64,000 bases of DNA from positions 124,806,001 to 124,870,000 of the forward strand of contig OZ024744.1 of assembly GCA_964016885.1 (NCBI GenBank), written 5' to 3'. Under the pieces are notes generated by a model. That model saw nothing but the letters and a program-made list of their open reading frames with translations, did not search any database and was not told where the DNA came from. The position numbers and the translations under genes are program-made. The stretch is from Eledone cirrhosa (Eukaryota). This document shows, piece by piece, positions 1-11,016 of the stretch. The number at the start of each line of letters is the position of its first letter. Position 1 is the first letter of the stretch.

Positions 1-3000
1 GTATACGCTTCGCGATTTTGTTTACGTTTGACTAGGTGTGCCTCCACAGCCACAACTCTTGATGTTACGGAGATATCTTGCTGAAATGCATACCACGCAC
101 AGCCAATGAGTGTCCGCACATGTACTTCTAATTACACATCGATCCGTCAACATCCGGCCGGCCCACGATCGACGCACAGGGCCGGATGGCCCGTTTTCAG
201 TGAATTTTCACCGGAATCGATCTGTAATTACTGGTACATGTGCGGACACACATTTGCTGTGTGTGGTGTGATTTTCACGAAAAACTGCCCATGCTAAATG
301 AGGAAGCTGAAGTCCGCCGGCGAATGGTGTGCTTCGAAGAAAACTAATTCGAAAATGACCGTTTGCAGGCGGAGTAACCTTTTCGATCGTGGGCCAGCCG
401 CCCGTGGTGGGATACATCTGTAATTACTGGTACATGTGCGGACATACATTTGCTGTGTGCGGTGTGATTTTCAAGAAGAACTGCCCATGCTAAATGAGGA
501 AGCTGAAGTCCGCCGGCGAATGGTGTGCTTCGAAGAAAACTAATTCGAAAATGACCGTTTGCAGGCGGGGTAACCTTTTCGATCGTGGGCCAGCCGCCCG
601 TGGTGGGATCCATCTGTAATTACTGGTACATGTGCGGACACACATTTGCTGTGTGTGGTGTGATTTTCGAGAAAGACTGCCCATGCTAAATGAGGAAGCT
701 GAAGTCCGCCGGCGAATGGTGTGCTTCGAAGAAAACTAATTCGAAAATGACTATTTGCCGGCGGAATCACCTTTTCGGTCCTGGTCCGGCCGGATCTTGC
801 CGGATCGATCGGAAATTTGTGGACCATGTTCGGAAGGCCATTGTGCATGTGTGGTGAAAAAAATTTGTGTCGAAATCTTCTCGGAAAATAACGGATCGCC
901 GGCGGAGATTGCCATTTCGATCGTGGGCCGGCCGGATCTTGTCGGATCGATTCGGACATATGTGCATCGTGTTCGCAAGGCCCTTGTCTATGTGTGGTGT
1001 GATTTTCATAAAGAAATTCCGAAAAACCCAGTTTTAAATCTGATTTCGCCAAAGAATTTTGGCTATCAGATCGGGTTGAAAGGTATGGTTTCAGGTCGAT
1101 CTGAAAGTCTAAAATGGAATTCATTCGGTTAGCTAACTATTGATATATCGGAGATATCTTTCTGAAAATCACACCACACACTCCCAATGAGTGTCTGCAC
1201 ATGTACCAGTAATTACAGATGGATCCCACCACGGGCGGCCGGCCCACGATCGAAAAGGTTACTCCGAAGCACACCATTCGCCGGCGGAATTCATTTAGCA
1301 TGGGCAGTTTTTCTCGAAAATCACACCACACACAGCCAATGAGTGTCCGCACATGTACCAGTAATTACAGATGGATCCCACCACGGGCGGCTGGCCCACG
1401 ATCGAAAAGGTTACTCCGCCTGCAAACGGTCATTTTCGAATTCGTTTTCTTCGAAGCACACGATTCGCCGGCGGACTTCAGCTGCCTCATTTAGCATGGG
1501 CAGTTTTTCTCGAAAATCACACCACACACAGCAAATGTGTGTCCGCACATGTACCAGTAATTACAGATCGATTCCGGTGAAAATTCACTGAAAACGGGCC
1601 ATTCGGCCCTGTGCGTCGATCGTGGGCCGGCCGGATGTTGACGGATCGATGTGTAATTAGAAGTACATGTGCGGACACTCATTGGCTGTGCGTGGTATGC
1701 ATTTCAGCAAGATATCTCCGTAACATCAAGAGTTATGGCTGTGGAGGCACACCTAGTCAAACGTAAACAAGCTCTGGAGCGTATACGCTTCGCGATTTTG
1801 TTTACGTTTGACTAGGTGTGCCTCCACAGCCACAACTCTTGATGTTACGGAGATATCTTGCTGAAATGCATACCACGCACAGCCAATGGGTGTCCGCACA
1901 TGTACTTCTAATTACACATCGATCCGTCAACATCCGGCCGGCCCACGATCGACGCACAGGGCCGGATGGCCCGTTTTCAGTGAATTTTCACCGGAATCGA
2001 TCTGTAATTACTGGTACATGTGCGGACACACATTTGCTGTGTGTGGTGTGATTTTCACGAAAAACTGCCCATGCTAAATGAGGAAGCTGAAGTCCGCCGG
2101 CGAATGGTGTGCTTCGAAGAAAACTAATTCGAAAATGACCGTTTGCAGGCGGAGTAACCTTTTCGATCGTGGGCCAGCCGCCCGTGGTGGGATACATCTG
2201 TAATTACTGGTACATGTGCGGACACACATTTGCTGTGTGTGGTGTGATTTTCGAGAAAGACTGCCCATGCTAAATGAGGAAGCTGAAGTCCGCCGGCGAA
2301 TGGTGTGCTTCGAAGAAAACTAATTCGAAAATGACTATTTGCCGGCGGAATCACCTTTTCGGTCCTGGTCCGGCCGGATCTTGCCGGATCGATCGGAAAT
2401 TTGTGGACCATGTTCGGAAGGCCATTGTGCATGTGTGGTGAAAAAAATTTGTGTCGAAATCTTCTCGGAAAATAACGGATCGCCGGCGGAGATTGCCATT
2501 TCGATCGTGGGCCGGCCGGATCTTGTCGGATCGATTCGGACATATGTGCATCGTGTTCGCAAGGCCCTTGTCTATGTGTGGTGTGATTTTCATAAAGAAA
2601 TTCCGAAAAACCCAGTTTTAAATCTGATTTCGCCAAAGAATTTTGGCTATCAGATCGGGTTGAAAGGTATGGTTTCAGGTCGATCTGAAAGTCTAAAATG
2701 GAATTCACTCGGTTAGCTAACTATTGATATATCGGAGATATCTTTCTGAAAATCACACCACACACTCCCAATGAGTGTCTGCACATGTACCAGTAATTAC
2801 AGATGGATCCCACCACGGGCGGCCGGCCCACGATCGAAAAGGTTACTCCGAAGCACACCATTCGCCGGCGGAATTCATTTAGCATGGGCAGTTTTTCTCG
2901 AAAATCACACCACACACAGCCAATGAGTGTCCGCACATGTACCAGTAATTACAGATGGATCCCACCACGGGCGGCTGGCCCACGATCGAAAAGGTTACTC

Positions 3001-3510
3001 CGCCTGCAAACGGTCATTTTCGAATTAGTTTTCTTCGAAGCACACCATTCGCCGGCGGACTTCAGCTTCCTCATTTAGCATGGGCAGTTTTTCTTGAAAA
3101 TCACACCACACACAGCAAATGTGTGTCCGCACATGTACCAGTAATTACAGATCGATTCCGGTGAAAATTCACTGAAAACGGGCCATTCGGCCCTGTGCGT
3201 CGATCGTGGGCCGGCCGGATGTTGACGGATCGATGTGTAATTAGAAGTACATGTGCGGACACTCATTGGCTGTGCGTGGTATGCATTTCACTAAGATATC
3301 TCCGTAACATCAAGAGTTATGGCTGTGGAGGCACACCTAGTCAAACGTAAACAAGGTCTGGAGCGTTTACGCTTCGCGATTTTGTTTACGTTTGACTAGG
3401 TGTGCCTCCACAGCGACAACTCTTGATGTTACGGAGATATCTTGCTGAAATTCATACCACGCACAGCCAATGAGTGTCCGCACATGTACCTGTAATTACA
3501 CATCGATCCG
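1..3510. repeat. Foldback (palindromic) satellite array, end of copy A; 1780- and 1584-bp higher-order units built from ~196-bp subrepeats in both orientations
   Basis: Axes at the window start, AGCGTATACGCT 1778-1789 and AGCGTTTACGCT 3362-3373. TCTGTAATTACTGGTACATG recurs at 221/417/613 (196-bp period) and in reverse complement in 1160-1700. The same spurious ORFs appear on both strands. Confidence 0.95.
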
Positions 3511-3652
3511 ACGACGGACAGAGTATTCGGTTTATTTTCTTGACATATTTCTTTACATATTGTCCAGGCATGCACTTTTTCCATGATTAGTTCTGTTGAC
3601 GGCCCGCTTTCCAAAATACCTTATCCTGTGCAACGCCGGGTACCACTGCTAG
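3510..3652 (+). mobile_element. Helitron-type 3' terminus closing the satellite array
   Basis: GC hairpin CCTGTGCAACGCCGGG (3625-3640), 8 nt, CTAG (3649-3652), then T of a (TA)n tract. This is the canonical Helitron hairpin-CTRR|T end. Confidence 0.7.
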
Positions 3653-3871
3653 TATATATATGTGTATGTATATATATATATATATATTGGTAAACGGAAT
3701 AGAAAATTGTGACAAATTGTTCACAGTGAAAAATAGTTTAATTAGGAATAAGTGATAATTAGTAATAGTATTGGTTAGTATTAAGTTTTGGTTTTAAGTT
3801 TTACCGGTTGCGCATTTCTAATGCTTTTCAAAAATAATTTTGAGATAGAGCGTCCGTGATGTTTGCTCTGA

Positions 3872-3915
<44 letters not shown>

Positions 3916-4044
3916 AACAGTAGAAAGGAAAAAGATTTTTTCAGTAGAAATTGCTGAAGAGATTCTTTCAGTGTAATTTCAAAACATTAATTTATTTATA
4001 AAGTGGATATTTCCACATTTAATAATGGCACTGGGTTCAGCATT

Positions 4045-4325
4045 ATATACATTGTCAATTGTGGATTCTACTTTTGGCACAAGGGCTGCAATTATCCAGT
4101 ACATTACTGGTACTTTATTATTTATACAAATAATAATTGTTTCTACTTTTGGCACAAGGGCAGCAAGTACCCAGTACATTACTGGTACTTTATTATTTAT
4201 ACAAATAATAATTGTTTCTACTTTAGGCACAAGGTCAGCAATTACCCAGTACATTACTGGTACTTTATTATTTATACAAATAATAATTGTTTCTACTTTA
4301 GGCACAAGGTCAGCAATTACCCCAG
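4045..4325. repeat. 75-bp minisatellite (~3.5 copies), apparently derived from the adjacent SINE end
   Basis: CAGTACATTACTGGTACTTTATT at 4097/4172/4247; gives the 25-aa periodic spurious ORFs. Confidence 0.85.
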
Positions 4326-4392
4326 TACTTTATTTTATCGACCCCGTAAGGATGAAAGAAAAGTTAACCTCAACGGGATTTGAACTCAGTCT
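4321..4392 (-). mobile_element. tRNA-derived SINE fragment (octopus-like family)
   Basis: Reverse complement reads CTGAGTTCAAATCCCGTTGAGGTTAACTTTTCTTTCATCCTTACGGGGTCGATAAAATAAAGTAC, with a B-box-like GAGTTCAAATC. Paralogs at 8614, ~20090, ~23500, ~34000 and ~34273. Confidence 0.65.
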
Positions 4393-4480
4393 GTAAAGGG
4401 AGGTAACTGCTGGATTAATTTGGTTAATTAAGTTAACAGAAATTATGAACCGGTTTCTACAGAGCCTTCTGGACATTTAA

Positions 4481-4701
4481 CCCTTTAGCATTTAAACCAG
4501 TCATACCTAGCCAGAATACTCTCACATCTTTCTGTTCAAACCAGCCATAACTGGCCACTCATACTGACGTTAAGGTATTGTTCTCAATATAAATAATATC
4601 AAAATCTCATAGATTCGATATTATATGAGATAATTATGTAAGATAAAGCCTTTACCACAAAAATACAATAGTATATATAGAGTAATAAAAATGCTAAAGG
4701 G
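4481..4701. mobile_element. piggyBac-like MITE
   Basis: TTAA|CCCTTTAGCATTT ... AAATGCTAAAGGG|TAAA: 13-bp perfect TIR with CCC/GGG ends, TTAA on the left and a 1-mismatch TTAA on the right. Confidence 0.65.
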
Positions 4702-5009
4702 TAAAAGTAGCTTATTATTTTGTGAGCTCTTGCTACTTATTGCTCTTGTGCATCAAGAACATACACAGCTTACATTTTGTTGCTAATCTCACTGAGATCC
4801 AACTACATCTCTTGTTTATCCATAGTTTGGAATTTCTACCTACTCCTTTCCTTTAGAATGATCAAGGCCATTTTCTTGTGGGGATCTAGGCCCTGTTTTC
4901 CTTTCTATTTTGCCAAGTTATCTTACATCACTTTCATTCTAGACCATGCTTCCAGGTTTGGAATTTCTCCTCTAATTTTACCACAGATTAAGTGACAAGG
5001 GTTCAATCA

Positions 5010-6720
5010 TGTGCATACAGGAGTTCCCATGGACAGCCAGTAATATGTAATAGCCTGCAGGATGATAATAAACAGAAGAGGGTTAATTACAGAGCCCTGA
5101 TAGAGGGTTAATAACAGAGCCCTGATAGACTTGTTCACTCAACTCCTCACTATAGCCATCATTACTTTTAACCTTACTGACTGCTCCTCCATACATGGCT
5201 TTTACTGCTCTCACAAGCCACTCATATACCCCTAGTTTTCTAAGTTATACACCAGATTAGGGAAGGGGGAAGTCTCACAGAAGCTCTCTCTGGGTCAACA
5301 AATGCCAAGTAGAGGGGCTTATTTTAGCTAGGTACTACTCTTGCAGTTGCCACACAAGGAAGAGGACATCAGTGGTACTTTTACCTGGCACAAATCCAAA
5401 CTTCATCTCATCTAGGTTAACTTGGTCCCTAATCAGCTGTGTTATAAATCTAACACCTTCATGAAGTGGTCCATCTAATATCTCTATAGTTTTCTAGCTC
5501 TAGTACATCTCCTTTGCCCTTGTAGCAGTTGATGATGATGATACTACACCATTTATTTGGTATGACACCATTTTGTATTACATGCTGTACGATACCAGTG
5601 GTTAAGATGTGACCCACCATCCCAGATACTTTCAGTATCTCAGCAACTATCACCAATGGACAAGATACTTTCTCTGTCTTCATATCCTTAATTACCTTAC
5701 TTCATATCCTTAATTACCTTACTGCTTACTTGTATGGCTGGACCCTCTGTTGGGCCCACTTTCCGTAGACTATCTTCCTCCCATGCATTCTCCTCATTCA
5801 GTAATCTTTCATAAAGGCATTTCCATGTTACAAAGGTTGGCTGAAAAGTTCATAGACTATCAATGATAGCATGATGCTAGAGCTGTGAAATCTTGCCTGC
5901 ATTAATTTCAACTCTTCTTATTAATAACTGCATTGTTTCCTTCCAGGGACTATGTTGAAAAATAAACCTCATTTGGTCATTCCATGAGTGTATCTTGGTC
6001 TGCCTATGAACTTTTCAGCTGACCCTATTCAGCATCAGTGAGCCCAAATGCCCCATTATCATCCTGGACACACTTTACCCCAACATCACAATTTGCCCTC
6101 ACACACTGCCTCACAATCCTGAACATCTCATGTATTTCATCCTCACATCATAAAACCAACTGAAATTATATATTCTCTGCTTCCCTCCTTGCAAAGAATA
6201 CTTCTTGCCTAGCTTCCTGTAGTGTACCCTCCAGCTGCCTCCATTCTGCCATTATTCCATGCCTGTCTCTTGGCCTTAACTGTCTCATCTACCCTAGTGT
6301 TTCACCACCAAGATACTCTCCTCTCTGAAGCCCTGCTCCAGCCACAGATCTAGTTTGACACCTTCAGCAAAGGTTCTTTAAGGAACTCCCACTGTTCCCC
6401 TATATTGTATGTTTCTATTTGTTCTTCCTTACTGTTGTAAAGATCAAACAAAATATCTCTAAATTTGGAACTGGCTGAGGGGTCCTTTAACTTCCATATC
6501 CTTCTCCTCCAAGTTGCCCTCAGTCTTCAAGTTCATCTAAGTCTATGAAATCACTAACTACTGGGTTATGTTGGGAGGTGCATTCTTCCCCAGGGGGTGG
6601 GGATTGTGTGTTTACAAATGTCAATATCTCATCTTCTGGTGAGGATAAAAATCTGACTGGCATGCTCCTCTGACCAATAGGTGTTGAAGTGGTTGTCGGG
6701 TAAACGTTAAGACCCTCTGA
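5010..6720 (-). pseudogene. Decayed RTE-clade LINE (linker/RT region)
   Basis: Residual peptide VIPNKWCSIIIINCYKGKGDVLELENYRDI resembles the RTE P..W....I...YK.KGD...C.NYRGI motif; many stops and frameshifts; boundaries approximate. Confidence 0.7.
5829..6028. mobile_element. Tc1/mariner-like MITE nested in the RTE relic
   Basis: Left TA|CAAAGGTTGGCTGAAAAGTTCATAG and right CTATGAACTTTTCAGCTGACCCT form ~25-bp imperfect TIRs, with TA at the left end; 200 bp long. Confidence 0.6.
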
Positions 6721-6742
6721 TATACATATATATATATATATA

Positions 6743-7010
6743 CTAGCAGTGGTACCCGGCGTTGCACGGGATAACGTATTTCGGAACGCGGGCCGCCATC
6801 TTCCACTTCAGCCGGTCGCCCTAAAGTGTTGGCTATTCAGTCTACTTGAGGCCAGTTGGTGAGGGGGGGTAAAGCTTTCAGTGTGCTACTACCCTCACGG
6901 TCAAATAGAAAGGGAGAGGAAGAAAAGTCAGCGTTAATATCGTGCTACACGTTTGAAAGGTTGGATGACCTTAGAGTTCACCAGGGTGGGGGGTTCTAAA
7001 AGTATCTATC
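6743..7010 (-). mobile_element. Second Helitron-type 3' end fragment, same family as 3510-3652
   Basis: TACTAGCAGTGGTACCCGGCGTTGCACGGGATAACGTATTTCGGAACGCGGGCC is the near-exact reverse complement of 3601-3654 and again abuts (TA)n. The right boundary is uncertain. Confidence 0.65.
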
Positions 7011-7069
7011 TTGGTATTTTATCTTAGAAGTAATCATTACAGAGTGTACTGGGTGTATTTTAGTGGGCA

Positions 7070-7860
7070 GTAATTCCATAAAGAACACAGTATAATCTGT
7101 GGACACAAGCCTTGCAGTGTGATTACAGGCAGGTTAATGGGAAAGATAGATTATATATGTGACATGATGTACATGAGAAGTGAGGACACAGACCACACAT
7201 GAAATAGATTCCTACAACTGTCAGGGAGGCTCCCTAGAATTACAGATGACATATTTCAATATCTCGGTGATCAAGTTAGCAGTGGAGGAAGAATCTCTAA
7301 AAGTGTAATACCCAGGATAAGGACAGGCTGGAAGAAGTTTAGAGTACTGTTCCATCTGTTGACAACAAAGGGCTTCTCTCTCAGAATGGAGGCTAGACTG
7401 CTTGATACTTATGTGTGGTCTGCAATCTACACCCCAGCCATGCCCCTTCCACTACCACTCCTTAGCTATTTCTCTCCATTAATACTCCTCACATTTCAAG
7501 CAGTTTTCTCATCTCAATGAAAGAAAAATATTGGGCTCAAGAGAAGTCTTCAGTTATGCCATGGTGTGGCAACCTCCCTAGGGTTGGGCAGAGTGTAAAT
7601 GAGAGTGAAATTAGGTATGAGAGGGATCATATGCAGTATACAAGAGAGTAGATTACATTGGTATGGTCATGTGATGGGTATAAAGGATGACAGCTGTATA
7701 AAAATGTGCTGGGCAATCAAAGTTGATGGAAGTTATGAAGGCGGAAGACCCAGGATGACCTGGGATGAGGTGATAAAAGATGACTTTGCACAATTGCAAC
7801 TCTCAAAGACAATGACACAGGATAGAGATCTTGAGATGTATGCAGCAATACAGAAGGCCT
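7070..7860 (+). pseudogene. Decayed RTE-clade LINE 3' portion
   Basis: SRLHWYGHVM...GGRPRMTWDEVIKDD matches the RTE C-terminal RLRW.GHV / GRP..TW motifs; upstream FQYLGD-like coding. Confidence 0.7.
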
Positions 7861-7959
7861 GCTTTCCAATGTGCACGGACTCAAACATACATCTAGTAGG
7901 CCCCTCCTAACCACTATACTCCTTTCCAAACTCCCACACTCCCACTTCTGTACACACCA

Positions 7960-8530
7960 CCTTTAGACTGTAAAGTGGTAGTGTACAAGTCACAACAAAA
8001 GCACCCAGTCCACTCTGTAAAGTTGATGTGTTGGTGTCATAACAAAAGGCACTCAGTCCACTCTGTAAAGAGGTTGTGTAAGTGTCACAACAAAGACATC
8101 TAGTCCACACTGTAAAGTGGTCATGTAGGTGTCACAACAAAAAGTACCAGTCATTATTGTAAAGTGGTTGTATAGGTGTCATAACAAAAAGCACCCAGTC
8201 GACACTGTAAAGTGGTTGTGTAGGTGTCAGAACCAAAAGCACCCAGTCCACCCTGTAAAGTGGTTGTGTAGGTGTCATGATAAAAAGCACCCAGTCCACA
8301 CAGTAAAGTGGTCATGTAGGTGTCACTAAAAAAGCACCCAGTCTACTCTGTAAAGTGGTCATGTAGGTGTCATGACAAATAGCACCCAGTCCACCCTGTA
8401 AAGTGTTCATGTAGGTGTCATGATGGAGAGTAACCAGTCCACAATGTAAAGTAGCCATGTAGCTGTCACAACAAAGCACCCAGTCCACACTGTAAAGTGG
8501 TCATGTAGGTGTCATTTCAAAAAGCACCCA
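7960..8530. repeat. 48-bp minisatellite (~12 copies)
   Basis: Unit ~AAAAGCACCCAGTCCACACTGTAAAGTGGTCATGTAGGTGTCACAAC; 16-aa periodic ORF 8129-8329. Confidence 0.85.
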
Positions 8531-8613
8531 GGTCCATGGCTTGGCCTGCTAACCGACGCTATACCCAAGTCGGTCGCCATGCTTTCCAGCATAGAGTTAC
8601 GTCTCTTTATGGT

Positions 8614-8712
8614 CTGAGTTCAAATCACGCCGAGGTTAACTTTGCCTTTCATCCTTACGGGGTCGATAAAATAAAGCACCAGTAATGTACTGGGGTCGAT
8701 TTAATCGACTTT
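8614..8712 (+). mobile_element. tRNA-derived SINE fragment
   Basis: CTGAGTTCAAATCACGCCGAGGTTAACTTTGCCTTTCATCCTTACGGGGTCGATAAAATAAAGCACCAG; same family as 4321-4392. Confidence 0.65.
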
Positions 8713-8761
8713 CCCCTCCTCTGCCAAATGACACACACATGCATGGTTCGGGGGAACCTAC

Positions 8762-8801
<40 letters not shown>

Positions 8802-9680
8802 GTAGGTCACTGGTTGAGTCGGTATTAACCACAGTAACTAAGGTACTCAATACATATTAGATATAGGTGTCTTTCTAATTGCTGGCCTTGTTCATAAGGT
8901 ATACACAAGTATGATGTGTGTCTGTTTAACTGTACGTGTGAAAACATCGCGAAATTGCGCCTTTTAATATTTGAATATAAACAGTTAAAAAATAATTATT
9001 TTAGTAATTTTTAAATATCGATAATGTGTATATAAATATTAGAAATCAATTTAATTAGTTCAGTAACATTACTCGGAGTTAAGATAAACCTTCATTTGAA
9101 GAAATTCGAGATTTGACCAAATAAATAGATTATGTGATCAATAAAAAAAATATGTATACGCGCTTGAACGACGGGTTGCAGACAGTCAGGCATACAGACA
9201 CATATTTTAAAGCGTGCGACGTTAAAAGTCTTACTCTCTCTCTTTTTAGATAGATAGACTTAATTAAAGCAGTTTCACTCTCTCTATATTTCATCAGCTC
9301 CCTCTCTCTTAAATTGAAAGATTCATTAAGGCTGAAATAATCTAAACAGTAACATCATGTTTCGCCAGCTCTAGCTTGCGTCCAGAGATATACACACACA
9401 TATATATATATTTTTTTTGTTATCGAGTTGAGCTTTGCCAAGCATAGAATTCCAAATTTGACCATCTCCACTGAAAATGTTCGTGAAATAGTCTTTAAGA
9501 AGCAATTTAATTTTTTCCAACTGAAACTGTAAGTATTTTAAAATTTATTTCAACATGGTCTTAAAAGATTGTTGGCTTTTTTTAAATTCATAACTATTTA
9601 CTATGAAATATAAATTATTAAATCCAATTTATTTGATAACCATGATTTGATTTTATAATTACCTGAATCACGTTAACATG

Positions 9681-9723
<43 letters not shown>

Positions 9724-9981
9724 GTGTGTGTATATATATATATATATAATAATTGTTTCTACGTTACGCAGTGTATTACTGGTACTGTATTTTACGATAT
9801 TAAATATTAAATATTAACTATTAGATATTAAATATTAAATATTAGATATTAGATATTAAATATTAAATATTAAATATGATATCCCTGAAATATATATAAT
9901 GAAATAAATATGGTTTTATAAATGTAATTTCCATTTGTTTAATATCAAATATATATATATATATATATGTATTTATGTATA

Positions 9982-10030
<49 letters not shown>

Positions 10031-10259
10031 GAGGCAGACACAGACACAGAATATCGTATATATCACACACACACAATTAAGACTTGACGTGTTGCAGACA
10101 GCCAGACATACAGAGAGATATTTTAAAGCGTGCGACCTTACATGCCTTACTCTTTCTCTTATCAAAAGAGAAAGAGTAATGCTAACACTTACGTCTACTT
10201 CACGCTCTCTTGAACCGTTACAGAAATTGCATCACATCTAATTATAACTTTGTACGTTT

Positions 10260-10742
<483 letters not shown>

Positions 10743-11016
10743 TATAATAATAATAATGAAATGATTGTGTACAGTGCTCAGGTGCACTACAACTCATCAA
10801 AGGTGCATGTATAGTACATAGAATAATGTACAAATGTCAGGAAAATAAACAGTGTATGAGTCATGATATAATAACAATAACAATAATGAAATATTGTGCA
10901 CTGCCCAGGTGCACCACAACCCATCAAAAAAGTGCATGTACAGTACATAGGGCAATGCACAAACATCAGTAAAATGAACAGTGCACACATGTGTGCATGT
11001 GTATGGAAGGGGCACA

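Noticed and set aside
1770-1800. Protelomerase (telRL-like) or parvoviral hairpin target at the palindrome axis
   Set aside because: Only a superficial resemblance; no resolvase or Rep gene in the window and no flip/flop isomers among the axes.
106-3614. Repeated 60-270-aa ORFs in the foldback satellite (also 34750-45229)
   Set aside because: The same peptides appear on both strands because of the inverted repeats; no transposase or Rep/helicase motifs.
3601-6795. Inverted pair 3601-3654 / 6741-6794 as the TIRs of one DNA transposon
   Set aside because: Each has a hairpin+CTAG Helitron 3'-end structure facing a (TA)n tract, and homology extends outward rather than inward; two independent insertions explain it better.
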